Source: Mustelus asterias (lineage: Eukaryota). Taken from it: a stretch of DNA of 64,000 nucleotides. The stretch covers positions 59,830,001 through 59,894,000 of the forward strand of contig NC_135814.1 in the NCBI RefSeq assembly GCF_964213995.1, written 5' to 3'. Of this stretch, positions 14,501 through 25,100 are shown in pieces (the first letter of the stretch is position 1; each line of letters begins with the position of its first letter). The notes under the pieces are model-generated. The model did no database searches. It had not been told where the DNA came from and was given only the letters and a program-made list of their open reading frames with translations. The position numbers were made by a program, and so were the translations under genes.

Positions 14501-17105
14501 CTCCATCATGCTGAAAATTCCAAGAATGTTTGAAATTTCTCTTGCCTCTGAACTTGGCATTTCCTGTCATCCCAAGGGGCAGGACTGGGACCAGGTTGGG
14601 GTTCATTTATGTGTGATTCGTGGTGGCAGCTTGCTATTTAAATCACCAGTTTCTTCCGCTGAAGTGGGACTTTAAAAAAGTGTTATTCATTCATGGAATG
14701 TGGGCATTGCTGGCTAGGCCACCATTTATTGGCAATCCCTATTTGAACAGAGTGGTTGTTGGGCCGTTTCAGAGGGCCTTTAAGAGTCAGCCATATTGCT
14801 GTGGATCTGGAATTATATGTAGGCCAGACCAGGTAAGGATAACAGATTTCCTTCCCTAAAGGACATTAGTGATTCAGATTTTTTTAATGACAGTCAACAA
14901 TGATTTAATGGTCATCATTAGACTTTTAAGCCCAGATTTTTATTGAATTCAAATTTCACTATTTGCCATGATGCGATTCAAATCCAGGTCCCCAGAGCAT
15001 TACCCTGGTCTCTAGATTAGCAGTCCAGCAACAATATCACTATGCCACAGCCTCCTCAAGAACAGGAATGTGGAATCTGGAGTGTGTAAATGTAATTAGA
15101 TAAGAGGAGGTTTTAACTGGGTGGATTCGATGGGATAGCCAGGGTACTCCTTTGGAGAGGTAAGGTATGTCTTTATATGGAGTCTGAGGACATCTTTGAG
15201 AGAGGTAATGTTACCTTGGGGAAAGGTAAGGCACCTCTTTGGGATTGTTAAAAGTGAATATCATTATGCACTTCCTACACGCAAAATCATTGGAATGGTA
15301 AAGCTGCCAAAGAGTTGTCTAAGCTTTCAAACCATTGTTCAGCTGTCAATCAACTGTCAAAGTGTCAGAGTTGTCCAGCTATCAAGGAATTGTCCAGCTG
15401 TCAAGGAACTGTTAAAGAGCTGTACAGCTATCAAAGTTCTCAAAGCTATCCAGGAAGTGGCGGAACTGTCCAAGGATATGAGGTGAGTTGACATAGAGGG
15501 AGTAAGGACAGAGGGTGGTAGGTGTAAGTTGGCATAGGGAGCATAGTGGCCAAGGGTGGGTGGGTTGTCATGAATGGGGCATAGGGAGTATGTGGGAGTG
15601 GGTATGAGCTTGAGTTATGTCTTTCATTTTACTATTTTTTTATTTAAACACAGATTACCTCCCAGCGTCAAAAGCACATCCAACATCATATTGGTACAGG
15701 TGCTGTAGAGGTGTTCTCAGCATGTGCCACTAGGCTCTAGAACAATAAGGGGCCTAATGCTGGTAATATGATTCCATCCAGAAATTTGGTTGCCCTAAAT
15801 GGAGCAGGCAATGAGTTGTTTTGTTCAGGATAACTTAGCCTATATGCAGCTCAAGTTGCCATTAAAGGGACGATTGGTGACCTTCAATAAAAAGATAAAT
15901 GAAAATATATATTTATTGCACTGTTTAACACGCTGTTCCTCCCATTGCTTGCCCCTGGCCTCTGCTCAGTCCCTATCCCCTGCTCAGTCCCTATCCCAAT
16001 CACCTCCCGCCAAGCCCCAGAACCCATAAAAGGTTTACTGTTGGGCATTGATCCCCACTTTGTCTGCGAGTTGTCCAGGGACACGCAGTAGATATGTTTA
16101 GCTTGTCAGTCTTATTAAAATGTTTTGAGTCTATTTTACCCCATTGAGCCAGAGTTTAAATTAAACCTTTATTGAGCTCTTATGGGCCAGAATGTTTTGA
16201 TGCAAATACATCATTGATGTTACCTACTTTAACTTACAATTAATATTTTAAATAGAACTAAGCTTGTGATTTTTGCATGTGAGCTGCAGGAGATTTCACT
16301 TTTGCTATTTTGACAGAAAGTCTGATATTACCCCCCAATTGCAATTGCATCTATTGGAAGCATCCATTTTAATATATATCTGTGCTCACCAGGTATACTT
16401 AACTTCCTAACAGCCATTTTTCCTGATAGCTTTTTAAAATTGTGCAATTCTGTTTCTGCAGCAATGGGAATAGCCTTCTAGTGATAGTGAGAGGTGCCTA
16501 GATGGCAGGGAGTAGCTGTGTTGATGGGAATGAGACCGAATGTTATTTGCTTCACCTCCCCTGTGAATTCCTGCTCCATGTGCTAGTTGTACTCAAAGTG
16601 CTGTTCAATATAAATTGCTGGCAGAAACTTAATTTTGTTCCTTACTGGAAAATATTGCTATATGGAACACCAGTTGGCAGTGCCGTTTTATTGTTAACAG
16701 GTGCCTTTTCCAATACTGTCAGAGGTAAAATAAAGCCACAGGTTTCTTGTGATAAATTGATCTTTTCAGTGAATGCAAATTTTGTTATTGTATCTTTGAA
16801 CAGATGAAAAGATGTTGGACGATGTCAGAAACTCGGATCTTTATTTGGAGGATTTAGTTGCTGACTATTATGAAAAGGCTACCAGCATGACTGATATTTC
16901 CACTAACTACCTGCGAGATAATGCACACACGCGGGTCAATCTCCTCAACCATAATATCTCCAAAGGACCCTGTACCCTTTGTGGCATGGGAAGTTCCCGA
17001 AGAGAGACTGTATATGGGTGCCTTGAGTGTTCATTCAATGGGCAGAAATATGTGAGACTGCATGTTGTGCCGTGCTTTGATTTGTGGCACAAAAGAATAA
17101 AATGA
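2331..17105 (+). CDS. PJVK: Pejvakin (gasdermin family), join 2331-2541, 5761-5956, 10003-10144, 13566-13683, 14219-14362, 16804-17105; 1113 nt, 370 aa
   Basis: Begins [23 protein letters not shown] and ends in a Cys/His-rich tail ...CTLC...CLEC...[14 protein letters not shown]. All junctions are GT-AG and phases are consistent. Adjacent to FKBP7 as in human. Confidence 0.96.
2608..3320. mobile_element. Non-autonomous Tigger/Tc1-mariner-type DNA transposon
   Basis: TIR CAGGCAGTCC at 2608 (preceded by TA) and GGACTGCCTG ending at 3320; contains a nested PLE end at ~3099-3218. Confidence 0.7.
3500..4320 (+). mobile_element. Degenerate CR1/L2-clade LINE fragment
   Basis: Collinear with 23530-24530 (for example cctgtcca..atcta.aagg/tca.aagtca.gagt). 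Confidence 0.6.
5761..5956 (+). CDS. PJVK: PJVK coding exon 2 (196 nt)
   Basis: tttcatag| [17 protein letters not shown]...[21 protein letters not shown] |gtaatt. Confidence 0.95.
6917..7250 (+). mobile_element. HE1-type tRNA-derived SINE
   Basis: tggcacagtggttagcactgctgcct (A box), gattcgattcc (B box), CR1-like tail; many copies in the window. Confidence 0.85.
7285..9163 (-). mobile_element. Rex1/Babar-type non-LTR retrotransposon, 5'-truncated and disrupted
   Basis: RT motifs [49 protein letters not shown] split over several ORFs. Confidence 0.9.
9165..9862. repeat. GC-rich interspersed element (probable non-autonomous transposon)
   Basis: Abrupt GC-rich block ending gggagaattgcccc; similar in style to the block at 10588-11165. 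Confidence 0.45.
10003..10144 (+). CDS. PJVK: PJVK coding exon 3 (142 nt)
   Basis: ccacag| [47 protein letters not shown] |gtaaga. Confidence 0.95.
10588..11165. repeat. GC-rich interspersed element (probable non-autonomous transposon)
   Basis: Begins gggcgcgatgttccc; GC-rich island inside an AT-rich intron. Confidence 0.4.
11973..12000 (+). repeat. Poly(C) tract
   Basis: ~28 nt of C with one A interruption. Confidence 0.9.
12032..12478 (-). mobile_element. HE1-type SINE interrupted by a + strand LINE 3' fragment (~12196-12330)
   Basis: SINE sequence breaks at ctgcacatctt and resumes at tgtgggaggaaac. Confidence 0.75.
13566..13683 (+). CDS. PJVK: PJVK coding exon 4 (118 nt)
   Basis: ttctag| [39 protein letters not shown] |gtagg. 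Confidence 0.94.
14219..14362 (+). CDS. PJVK: PJVK coding exon 5 (144 nt)
   Basis: cttttag| [22 protein letters not shown]...YGSPFRS |gtaagt. Confidence 0.92.
16804..17105 (+). CDS. PJVK: PJVK last coding exon (putative zinc-binding C-terminus)
   Basis: gaacag| [33 protein letters not shown]...[14 protein letters not shown]. Confidence 0.95.
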
Positions 17106-17973
17106 AATATATTTTGGTGTGGATCAGAGTTCTGGATGTGATATCACATTTGCAAGACTACATTAGTACTTGTGTAGCACTTTTCATTTTTTTTAAATCA
17201 GCAAGTCGATTTGATTTTGTGTAAAAAAAAAACTTTCCATTGCAAATTTGTAGTTTTAAAGTATAGTGAAATGGTGTAAAGAACTAATTCTTGGGTCTAT
17301 CCATCAGCGAAAGAACATTACTGTGAATTTGTGATGTCAATGTGTTTTGGGGGATCATGCTTGAAAGTTATCATCCACCTTTGTATGGACTGTGTAAACA
17401 GTTTCATCTTCCTGTTGTGTTTTTACATAATTAACTGCAATGAATATCAGTAGTTGACTTGTTTAAAAGGATTAATAATTCATTAAAGAATCAAATTGCA
17501 AACACATGAAGGTTTATTGAGTTAAAGTGTTAAGCTGAACAAACCCACATCAGGTGGACCAAAGTGGAAGCATGCAGGGCATTTTCCCTTGGCAGGTCAC
17601 ACTGACATGTTTTCAGTTTAAATGAGTTTGCTGTTTAAATGTCTGCGCCAAATATAATTTTCCCATTAATTGCTATTTTCATGGTAGTTGGTGGGTTCCT
17701 GAAGGCTGCAGCGACTACTCCAGGTAAGTTAGTTTGTGAACCTTTGAGAAGCCTGCTGCAGCGTTGGAAACTTTTTGACAGCTGAGTTTAAAAGCTTTTG
17801 CTAACTCAATTAAATGCTGTTTGAATAGTTATTAAAACACAATAATCATGGGGCTGTTTCCTTAAAACGCAAGAGAGCATTAATTTGACCAGTCCAATGT
17901 AAGGGTTAAGATGCACCAGAGTACTTTATCCAGTCGATAAAGCCTGCTTCTGTATTCTTCATATTGTAGAATC

Positions 17974-18126
17974 AGTGAGCGTAAATTTTGATACCACATC
18001 TTTGAACAGATGAAAATATGTTGGACGATGTCAGAAACTTAGATCTTTATTTAGAGGATTTTTTGCTGACTATTATGAAAAGGCTACCAGCATGACTGAT
18101 ATTTTCACCACTAACTGCGAAATAAT
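17974..18126 (+). pseudogene. Partial tandem duplicate of the PJVK last-exon acceptor and 5' part, frameshifted
   Basis: Aligns to ~16767-16922 (tctttgaacagatgaaaa.atgttggacgatgtcagaaact...gctgactattatgaaaaggctaccagcatgactgatattt); a 1-nt deletion gives TGA at 18093-18095. Confidence 0.9.
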
Positions 18127-20264
18127 TAATGCCCTAACATTTGCTGAGCCTTTGAAATACTCTTCCAATACACATTAATTAGAGAACCAAAGGTCAAATA
18201 ATCACAAGTCTTTGAAATACTCATGAAATAATATTTTTAAAATCAGCCTATGAAAATGTATCAAAGTCTCAATCTGTCAAACACAGCCAAATATCCTGCT
18301 GAATAAACCTTTAATACACAACCTTGTGCAAATAAACAAACCAGCATTGAAAAACCACAGAAACTTATTGCAAGCTCATAAAATTGCCAAAGCTAGCAGT
18401 CCCCATCAAGCTGCGCAAAAAAACTCCCTTCAGGGCTGAATCAATTAGTGATTCTTGGAGGTCATCTGTTCATTCAGATGCCTGGCCACCTGTTTGGTGA
18501 TAGATGCCAGATGGCCAAAGAAAAAGGGTTAAAGATGCCTGGAAGGTAATTCTACAAAAGATTGAAGCCACACATCAGCTTTGGCTGAGGTCTAGAAGGA
18601 TCTTGCTACAATTGGTAAAATAAAAGCTCAAAATTGTCTCATTTCAAAGGTAATGAATGATTGTGACCATTGCATGGTTCTTTGTTATTGTGGACAGCCT
18701 AAGGCAAACAACAGACAAATCAAGAGATTAAAATAAAATAACTGGTGCATGGTAGGATTACTTGCTGAAAAGGAGTTTATTCCTGGAATTGGAATTCTGT
18801 ATAAGTTAATGAAAGGGGCTTAAGGTTTATTTCATAATTGGGAGTAATGATCACCAAGATAACCATAAGACTACAAACTTTCTTCAAGATATCTATATTG
18901 TAGGAAGATAATCTGAAGCTATGGACAAATTTAGCATGGATGACATGGATTCAGCCCAATGATGGTAGAACTGGTGGGAAACCGATGTAAGCTCTCCAAT
19001 ACATACTCAATTATGTCTAAGTGCAATGAGTGTGCAGCATCAGCCTTCCATAGAGTTAAGCCTCCAGTAGGGAAGAAGTTCAACCGCTGCGATCAAGCCA
19101 ATTGGAGACCTATCCATAGCTGGCAGTGTGAAATTTAGTGAAGTCTTCACTAAGAATTACTGCTAAATCATTAGACAGGCAAGTGTGGACATGGGCTATG
19201 CGTCATGGGGAAAGTGGGGGAGGCGGGGAGGGTTGGTCACCAAACAAGAGTAGTTGTATACAAAGGCAGGAGGGGTATTAGCAGGCACCCCCTCCCTGTT
19301 GCCATTCATCCAATTGGCCATTGTGCCTTCACAGACATTAGGGAGCCTAATTGCAAACCCACTAGTATTTTCTGAATGGCCTGCAGGCACAGGAGACCTG
19401 TACAAGTTTGCCCGAATCTCTGAACCACCCAGTGGACACAGGAATAATGGCTTTTATGTGGCTCAATAATGAGTTTACATGGTCAGTAGGGTATCCTGTA
19501 TCATTTATTCCTGCACTGAGTAACTGGGGAATGGGCCACATGGTCTTTCCTGTGAATTGTATGGGGCCACCTGCCACCTAGACCTCTCTGGTGGACTCCA
19601 TTAAATTCCAAAATAAGCGTGATGGTTATCCAGAGGAATGTGTGACTCCACCCACTATTGCTTTAGGTTGTCCAAAAAGCAGATATAAATATACAGATTT
19701 TTGCTTTGACAAAAGTAGCAATTAAACTGTACCTGACCATGCAATGCACCACAAATGACAGCTTAACCCTCTCTGTATCAGCATGTACATGAAATTGTTA
19801 GGGATAAAAATACAGCTATTCAACTATAGTGTACTTCACTCACTCATGAGAAAAACAGGCCAAGACTTTGAGTTTCAGACAATGCCTTTATTAGAACTAT
19901 AGTACAGGTTGGCCCCAGGGCTCCAACTAGTGGTTCATCAGGGAGAGCCTCGATCCAGGAATTAATCAGGCATTTATAGTTAACATCCAGTTACAAGAAA
20001 TTAGCATATACCAATTAAAGATATACATTTGCACAGAAGTTGTATCTATATCCACTTACACCTATCAATTAGGTTTTTAGGGAAATACTTATTACATCCT
20101 TACTTACTGTGGAAAGTGACTCATTAATAAGTCATTGAAACTTAACATTGGCAATGATTATTGTTTGTAAATGATCAATGAACAAAGCGGATAAATGCAA
20201 CATTGGGTGCCCATTGTTCCAGTTCAAAGAGGACTGGTGTAGTATAAGGACAGGAAATAGCTAT

Positions 20265-20900
20265 TATTAGAGTCCCAAAGTATATTATGAAGCCAGACGA
20301 GACCCTAACGAGTTTTCTATTTTGACATACATGTGAGGAAAGGATGCTTCACTCCAAGAGCAATTCCACTGAAATATTAGGGATCTTTTTATTAAAACAA
20401 GCTTTATTCATAACACAATTTAAGTATGACTCTAACAAAATGAAACAGCTTAACTCTTAACAATTGAACACTCTTTAAACATGAAAAGAAACAGCTCTAA
20501 TCTCTAACGTATCACTATTTCAGTTCCAAATAAGTAACATCCTTCTTAGACATAAAACCCCCTTTTAAATATAGTTAGCAATCACTCATATACTTGCTAT
20601 GAGTGTAGACAGCCTTAGAGTTTTCAGAGGTATATAGAGCTTTCAGAAGCCTGCAAAACTCTCAACTTCAACCAGAACAGCCAAACTCCACACCTTTCTG
20701 CAAAAGCCTTTTTCTTTCTCTGCTTCAGATCCAGGATTGCACATAAACCACAATATCACATGACCCTGTCAATCACTCTAATCTGAAGTCTCAGGGGAAT
20801 TCAAGTAAACAAAAGTCCATTAACTCAACTTAACATAACGTAAGGTTGAAATGAGTAATTATTCTACTCTCCCAGTATCTGAACTGCATTCCTCCCAGAC
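20265..20900 (-). mobile_element. LTR-like repeat (solo LTR candidate)
   Basis: Reverse complement of 20270-20420 aligns with 45455-45600. Confidence 0.5.
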
Positions 20901-21269
20901 ATACTGACTACCTGTAGAAAAAAGCTGAACTTTGCACACTTAGGATGTATAAATTGCTAGGTAAGTCGGAAAACCAGAATTTGAACTGGCGTGGACAGAA
21001 ATTATTGGTCTTAGACACAAATGGTTATTACTTCTGGGCATAAGAGTAGACATGGTAACTTGTGTGGGTATACATAATATGGCTGGAGACTAATCTTCTT
21101 GCATTTAAACTAATTTGTCTAGTTACCTGGCAGGTGATAAGATCTATTTGGAATTGTAAATTACTTCCCAAACACTGGGAATCCCAACCAATTGGTGTCA
21201 ATCTGAACCTTTTGCGATTCTAACATGATTATCCTGTCCTCACTCAGTGATCTTTGTACCTTGGTGTCA

Positions 21270-21283
21270 GTGCCCTCTAGTGG
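21270..21283 (-). promoter_or_regulatory. CTCF consensus site
   Basis: Minus strand CCACTAGAGGGCAC matches CCASYAGRKGGCRS at all 14 positions. Confidence 0.6.
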
Positions 21284-21778
21284 TTGTATCTGGCATTCAC
21301 TCATTTTATCCAAACCTCATTTATGCTTACCTGGCTGGGGAAGTCTCCTCCTATTCCCATGAGCAATTATCCTTAAAAGGGGCTGCACTTACTCAGGGAC
21401 CATCACCTTGCTATACTCCTTGAACTTCGTTCTCTTCAGCAGGCAAACCTGAAGATGGTGTTTTATCAACAAGTTTCGGATCCACTTCTGTCCATTAAAG
21501 AAAGCAACTGTGTTACCAATTATATTGAAGGCAGAAAATATGCTTTCTTTTGGTTGGCAGATTTATGGGGCCCCAAGCAAAGGACTGGCTGAACAATACA
21601 AAGGACAATTTTATTTTCACGATCTAAGTTCCCTTAGCTCCTGCATCTTTTCACACCCTAGCTTGCATTTTCTAACGGCAATAATTAGTTATACAATTTC
21701 AATAGTTACAACAAGTAGCTAACAAACAGTCAATATGCAAAAATAAGGCATGAAATTACAGCTGATTATTTCAAAACA

Positions 21779-21784
21779 TTTATT
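21779..21784 (-). terminator. Candidate FKBP7 polyadenylation signal AATAAA
   Basis: tttatt on the + strand ~245 nt past the stop codon. Confidence 0.55.
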
Positions 21785-22029
21785 TTAATTGTCAGTGTAC
21801 AATCCAATATTTTTAAAATACGAACACTGGAGTGATCCAGTTCCACAGTCTTTGAATTTTAATCTCAATATTAGGCTTAAGATAACTTCTATGTATCAAA
21901 AGGTCAACATTTTGACAAAAATATTTTGTATTCTGAAGTAACAAGGCAAGTATTAAAATATTCAAGTAGTATTACTGAAAAAGCTGTATTTTAGTCAGGT
22001 TGATACGAAACATCTTAAGAGCACAAATG

Positions 22030-22191
22030 CTACAGCTCATCATGCTGAAAAACATTGTACTCCCTGGCAGAAATGTAGCCATCTCCATCATGATCGTTTT
22101 TTAGGAGTATATCAGTGAGGACACGATCTTTGTAATTAGGATCTTGGTTCCTAGAATCTCTCTTAAATTCCTCTTGCAAATACATGTTCAG
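22030..22191 (-). CDS. FKBP7: FKBP7 exon 4 (162 nt coding)
   Basis: tttcag| [12 protein letters not shown]...[24 protein letters not shown]. Confidence 0.95.
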   Translation of the reverse strand: MNMYLQEEFKRDSRNQDPNYKDRVLTDILLKNDHDGDGYISAREYNVFQHDEL

Positions 22192-25100
22192 CTGAAATTA
22201 ATAAAAGGAGAATTTATTTCAAATCTGCTTTGAAGTGAGGCAATTGTAGATCTTGTAAGAATGACATGAAAATCAATTTGATCAAATTTTTCAATAAAGT
22301 AGAAAGTTGAGGGTAGTGCGGCCAAGGGTAGTGTAGTAGGTGAAGTACCACACAATAGACTAGTGAGCAAAATTAAAGCCTATGAGATTAAAGAGATAGC
22401 AAGGTGAATGATGTGGTCTTGTGGTACAGTAGGTAGCATCGCTGCTTCTGAGCCAGTCCACCCCAAGACTTGGTGACTAAGGAAGGTGCGTTCATAATCT
22501 GGCCAAATAGGTTAAGCATCAAACTGCAAATCCTTCCAACACATACCATGGCAGGCGGTAAAAGCAGGACAGATTCCTTGTAGCCATGTAATAGAACAGA
22601 TTTCTTGTTAGTCATGTAATAGAAAGAAAGTTCCCTCCCATCATTACCCATAGCCCCAGCCTACAACACACATGTAAAATGCTTACCAGAATTTGGACTA
22701 CCCGAGTGAACTGTAACACACACAGGGAAGTTTTTTTTATTCATTCTTTGGACATGGGCGTCACTGGCTGGCCAGCATTTATCGCCCGTCCCTAGTTGCC
22801 CTTGAGAAGGTGCTGGTGAGCTGCCTTCTTGAATCGCTGCAGTCCATGTTCTGTGGGTTGACCCAAAATGCCGTTAGGGAGGAAATTCCAGGATTTTGAC
22901 CCAGCGACTGCAAAGGAACGACGATATATTTCCAAGTCAGGATGGTGAGTGGCTTGGAGGGGAACTTGCAAGTGGTGGTGTTCCCTTTTATCTGCTGCCC
23001 TTGTCCTTCTAGATGGAAGTGCCAGACCAGGCAAGGACAGCAGCTTTCCTCACCTAAAGGACATTAGTGAACCTTGACTTCAGTTTTGCTAGTTTTGAAG
23101 TGTGAATATGAAATTGGTTAAGGAACAGAAAATAGAATAATGTTGAACAGTTGTAAGGGACAGAAAAAATATTAATGGTGTCTGGTCCCCGAGGAGTCAG
23201 ATTTTGACCATTGCTCTTTTTGATATAAATTAGTGATCAAGGCTTGAATATACAGGATATAATTTCAAAACTTTGTTATTTCATAGGAAAGTTGGTGAAG
23301 TAAACAATGAGGAGGATAGTAACTGATTGCAGGATGAGCTCATCAGCAAAATGATGGAAAGTGTTATTGACAGTGCTATCAAGTAGCATTTGCTCAGCAA
23401 TGATTTGTTCACTAATGCTCAGTTTGGGCCACCAGGATCTGACGCATTTGCTGTCTTGGTCCAAACATGGACAATAGAGCTGAACTGAAGTGAGAGTCAC
23501 TGCCCTTGACATCAAGGTTGCATTTGACAAGTGTGGCATCAAGGAGTTCTAGCAAAACTGAAACCAATGGGAATCAGGGGAAAACTCCCCACTGGTTGGA
23601 GGCATACCAAGCATCAAGGAAGATGGTTGTGGTTGTTGGAGGTCAATCATCTTGGTCCTAGGACATCACTGCAGGAGTGGGGGTGCCCTATGCCCAATCA
23701 TTTTTGCCCGCTTCATCAATGACATTCCTTCCATCAGAAGGTCAGAAGTGGGGACATTCAATGAAGATGACATGATATGTGGCACGATTTGCAATTGCTT
23801 AATTAGTGAAGCAGTCCGTGTCCACATACAGCTAAACCCAGACAACATTCAGGCTTGAGGTGATAAGTGGCAAGTAAAATTAGCCACAAAATGCCAGGCA
23901 ATGACCAAGAGAGAATCTAGCCATCTCCCCATGACATTCAATGGCATTACCATCACTAAATCCCCAACATCCTAGGGTTACCATTAACCAGAAATTAAAC
24001 TGGACCAGCCATGCAATACAAGAGCAGGTCAGAGACTGGGAATTCTGCAAAGAGTAACTCCCTTCCTGACTCTCCAAAGCCTGTCCACCATCTACAAGGC
24101 ACCAAGTCAAGAGTCAATACTCTCCACTTGTCTGGATGAGAGCAGTGCTCAACACCATCCAGGACAAAGCAGCTCTCTTAGTTTGCAGTCCATGCAGAAA
24201 CATTCACTCCCTCCACCACTGATGCAGTGGCTGCAGTGTGTTCCATTAACAAGGCGCAGTCCAGAAATTCAGAAACTTTGACAGCACCTTCCAGACTCAT
24301 GACATAGGAACACCACCACCTGCAATCACTCATCTCCTAACTTGGAACTATATTGTCGTTCCTTCTCTGTTCCTGGGTCAAAATCCTGGAACATCCTTCC
24401 TAACAGCATTGTGGATGTTCATTCAACATATGGCTGCAGCAGTTCAAGAAGACAGCTCACCATCACTCTCAAGAGCAGTAAAGGATGGGCAATAAATGCT
24501 GGTCTAGCTAGTGAAACCCACATCCCATGAAAAAGTAAGACAAAAATAGACTGGTAAAATGGGCAGATGAAATTTAATGCAGAGCAGTGTGAAGTGATAA
24601 TATTTTGGTCGGAAGAATAAGGACACTTAATGGTACCAATTTAAAGGGAATGCAGGAAAAGAGGGAGCTAGGGGTCTATATATACACATCAATCTTTGAT
24701 GGTGGCATGACAAATTGAAAGCTGTTTTTAAAAAATCATATGGGTCCTTGACTTTATTAAGAGAGTACAAAAGTAAGGAAGTTATGCTAAACCTTCATAA
24801 CTCTGGTTAGCCTTCAGTCAAGTATTGTGTTCAATTCTGAGCACCACACCTTTAAGGAAGGATGTCAAGGCCTTGGAGAGGCAGCAGAAAAGCTTTATTA
24901 GATTGGCAGCAGGACACAGATTTAAAAAGGTGATTGGCAAAAGAACCAGAGATAACTTGAAGAAACTTTTTTTGTTTAAAATATGAGTTGTGGTTTGAAA
25001 TGCACTGCCATAAAGTTAGTGGAAGAAGATCAGGAACAGGCACTATAGGCTGAAATGATTTTAGTTGAAATTGCATTATGTGCATCACGGTGATAATGCT

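Noticed and set aside
21323-21341. U1 snRNA 5'-end look-alike (atgcttacctggctgggga; also ttacctggcagg at ~21123)
   Set aside because: Similarity stops after ~19 nt, with no U1 body or Sm site; equally a chance minus-strand donor-like word
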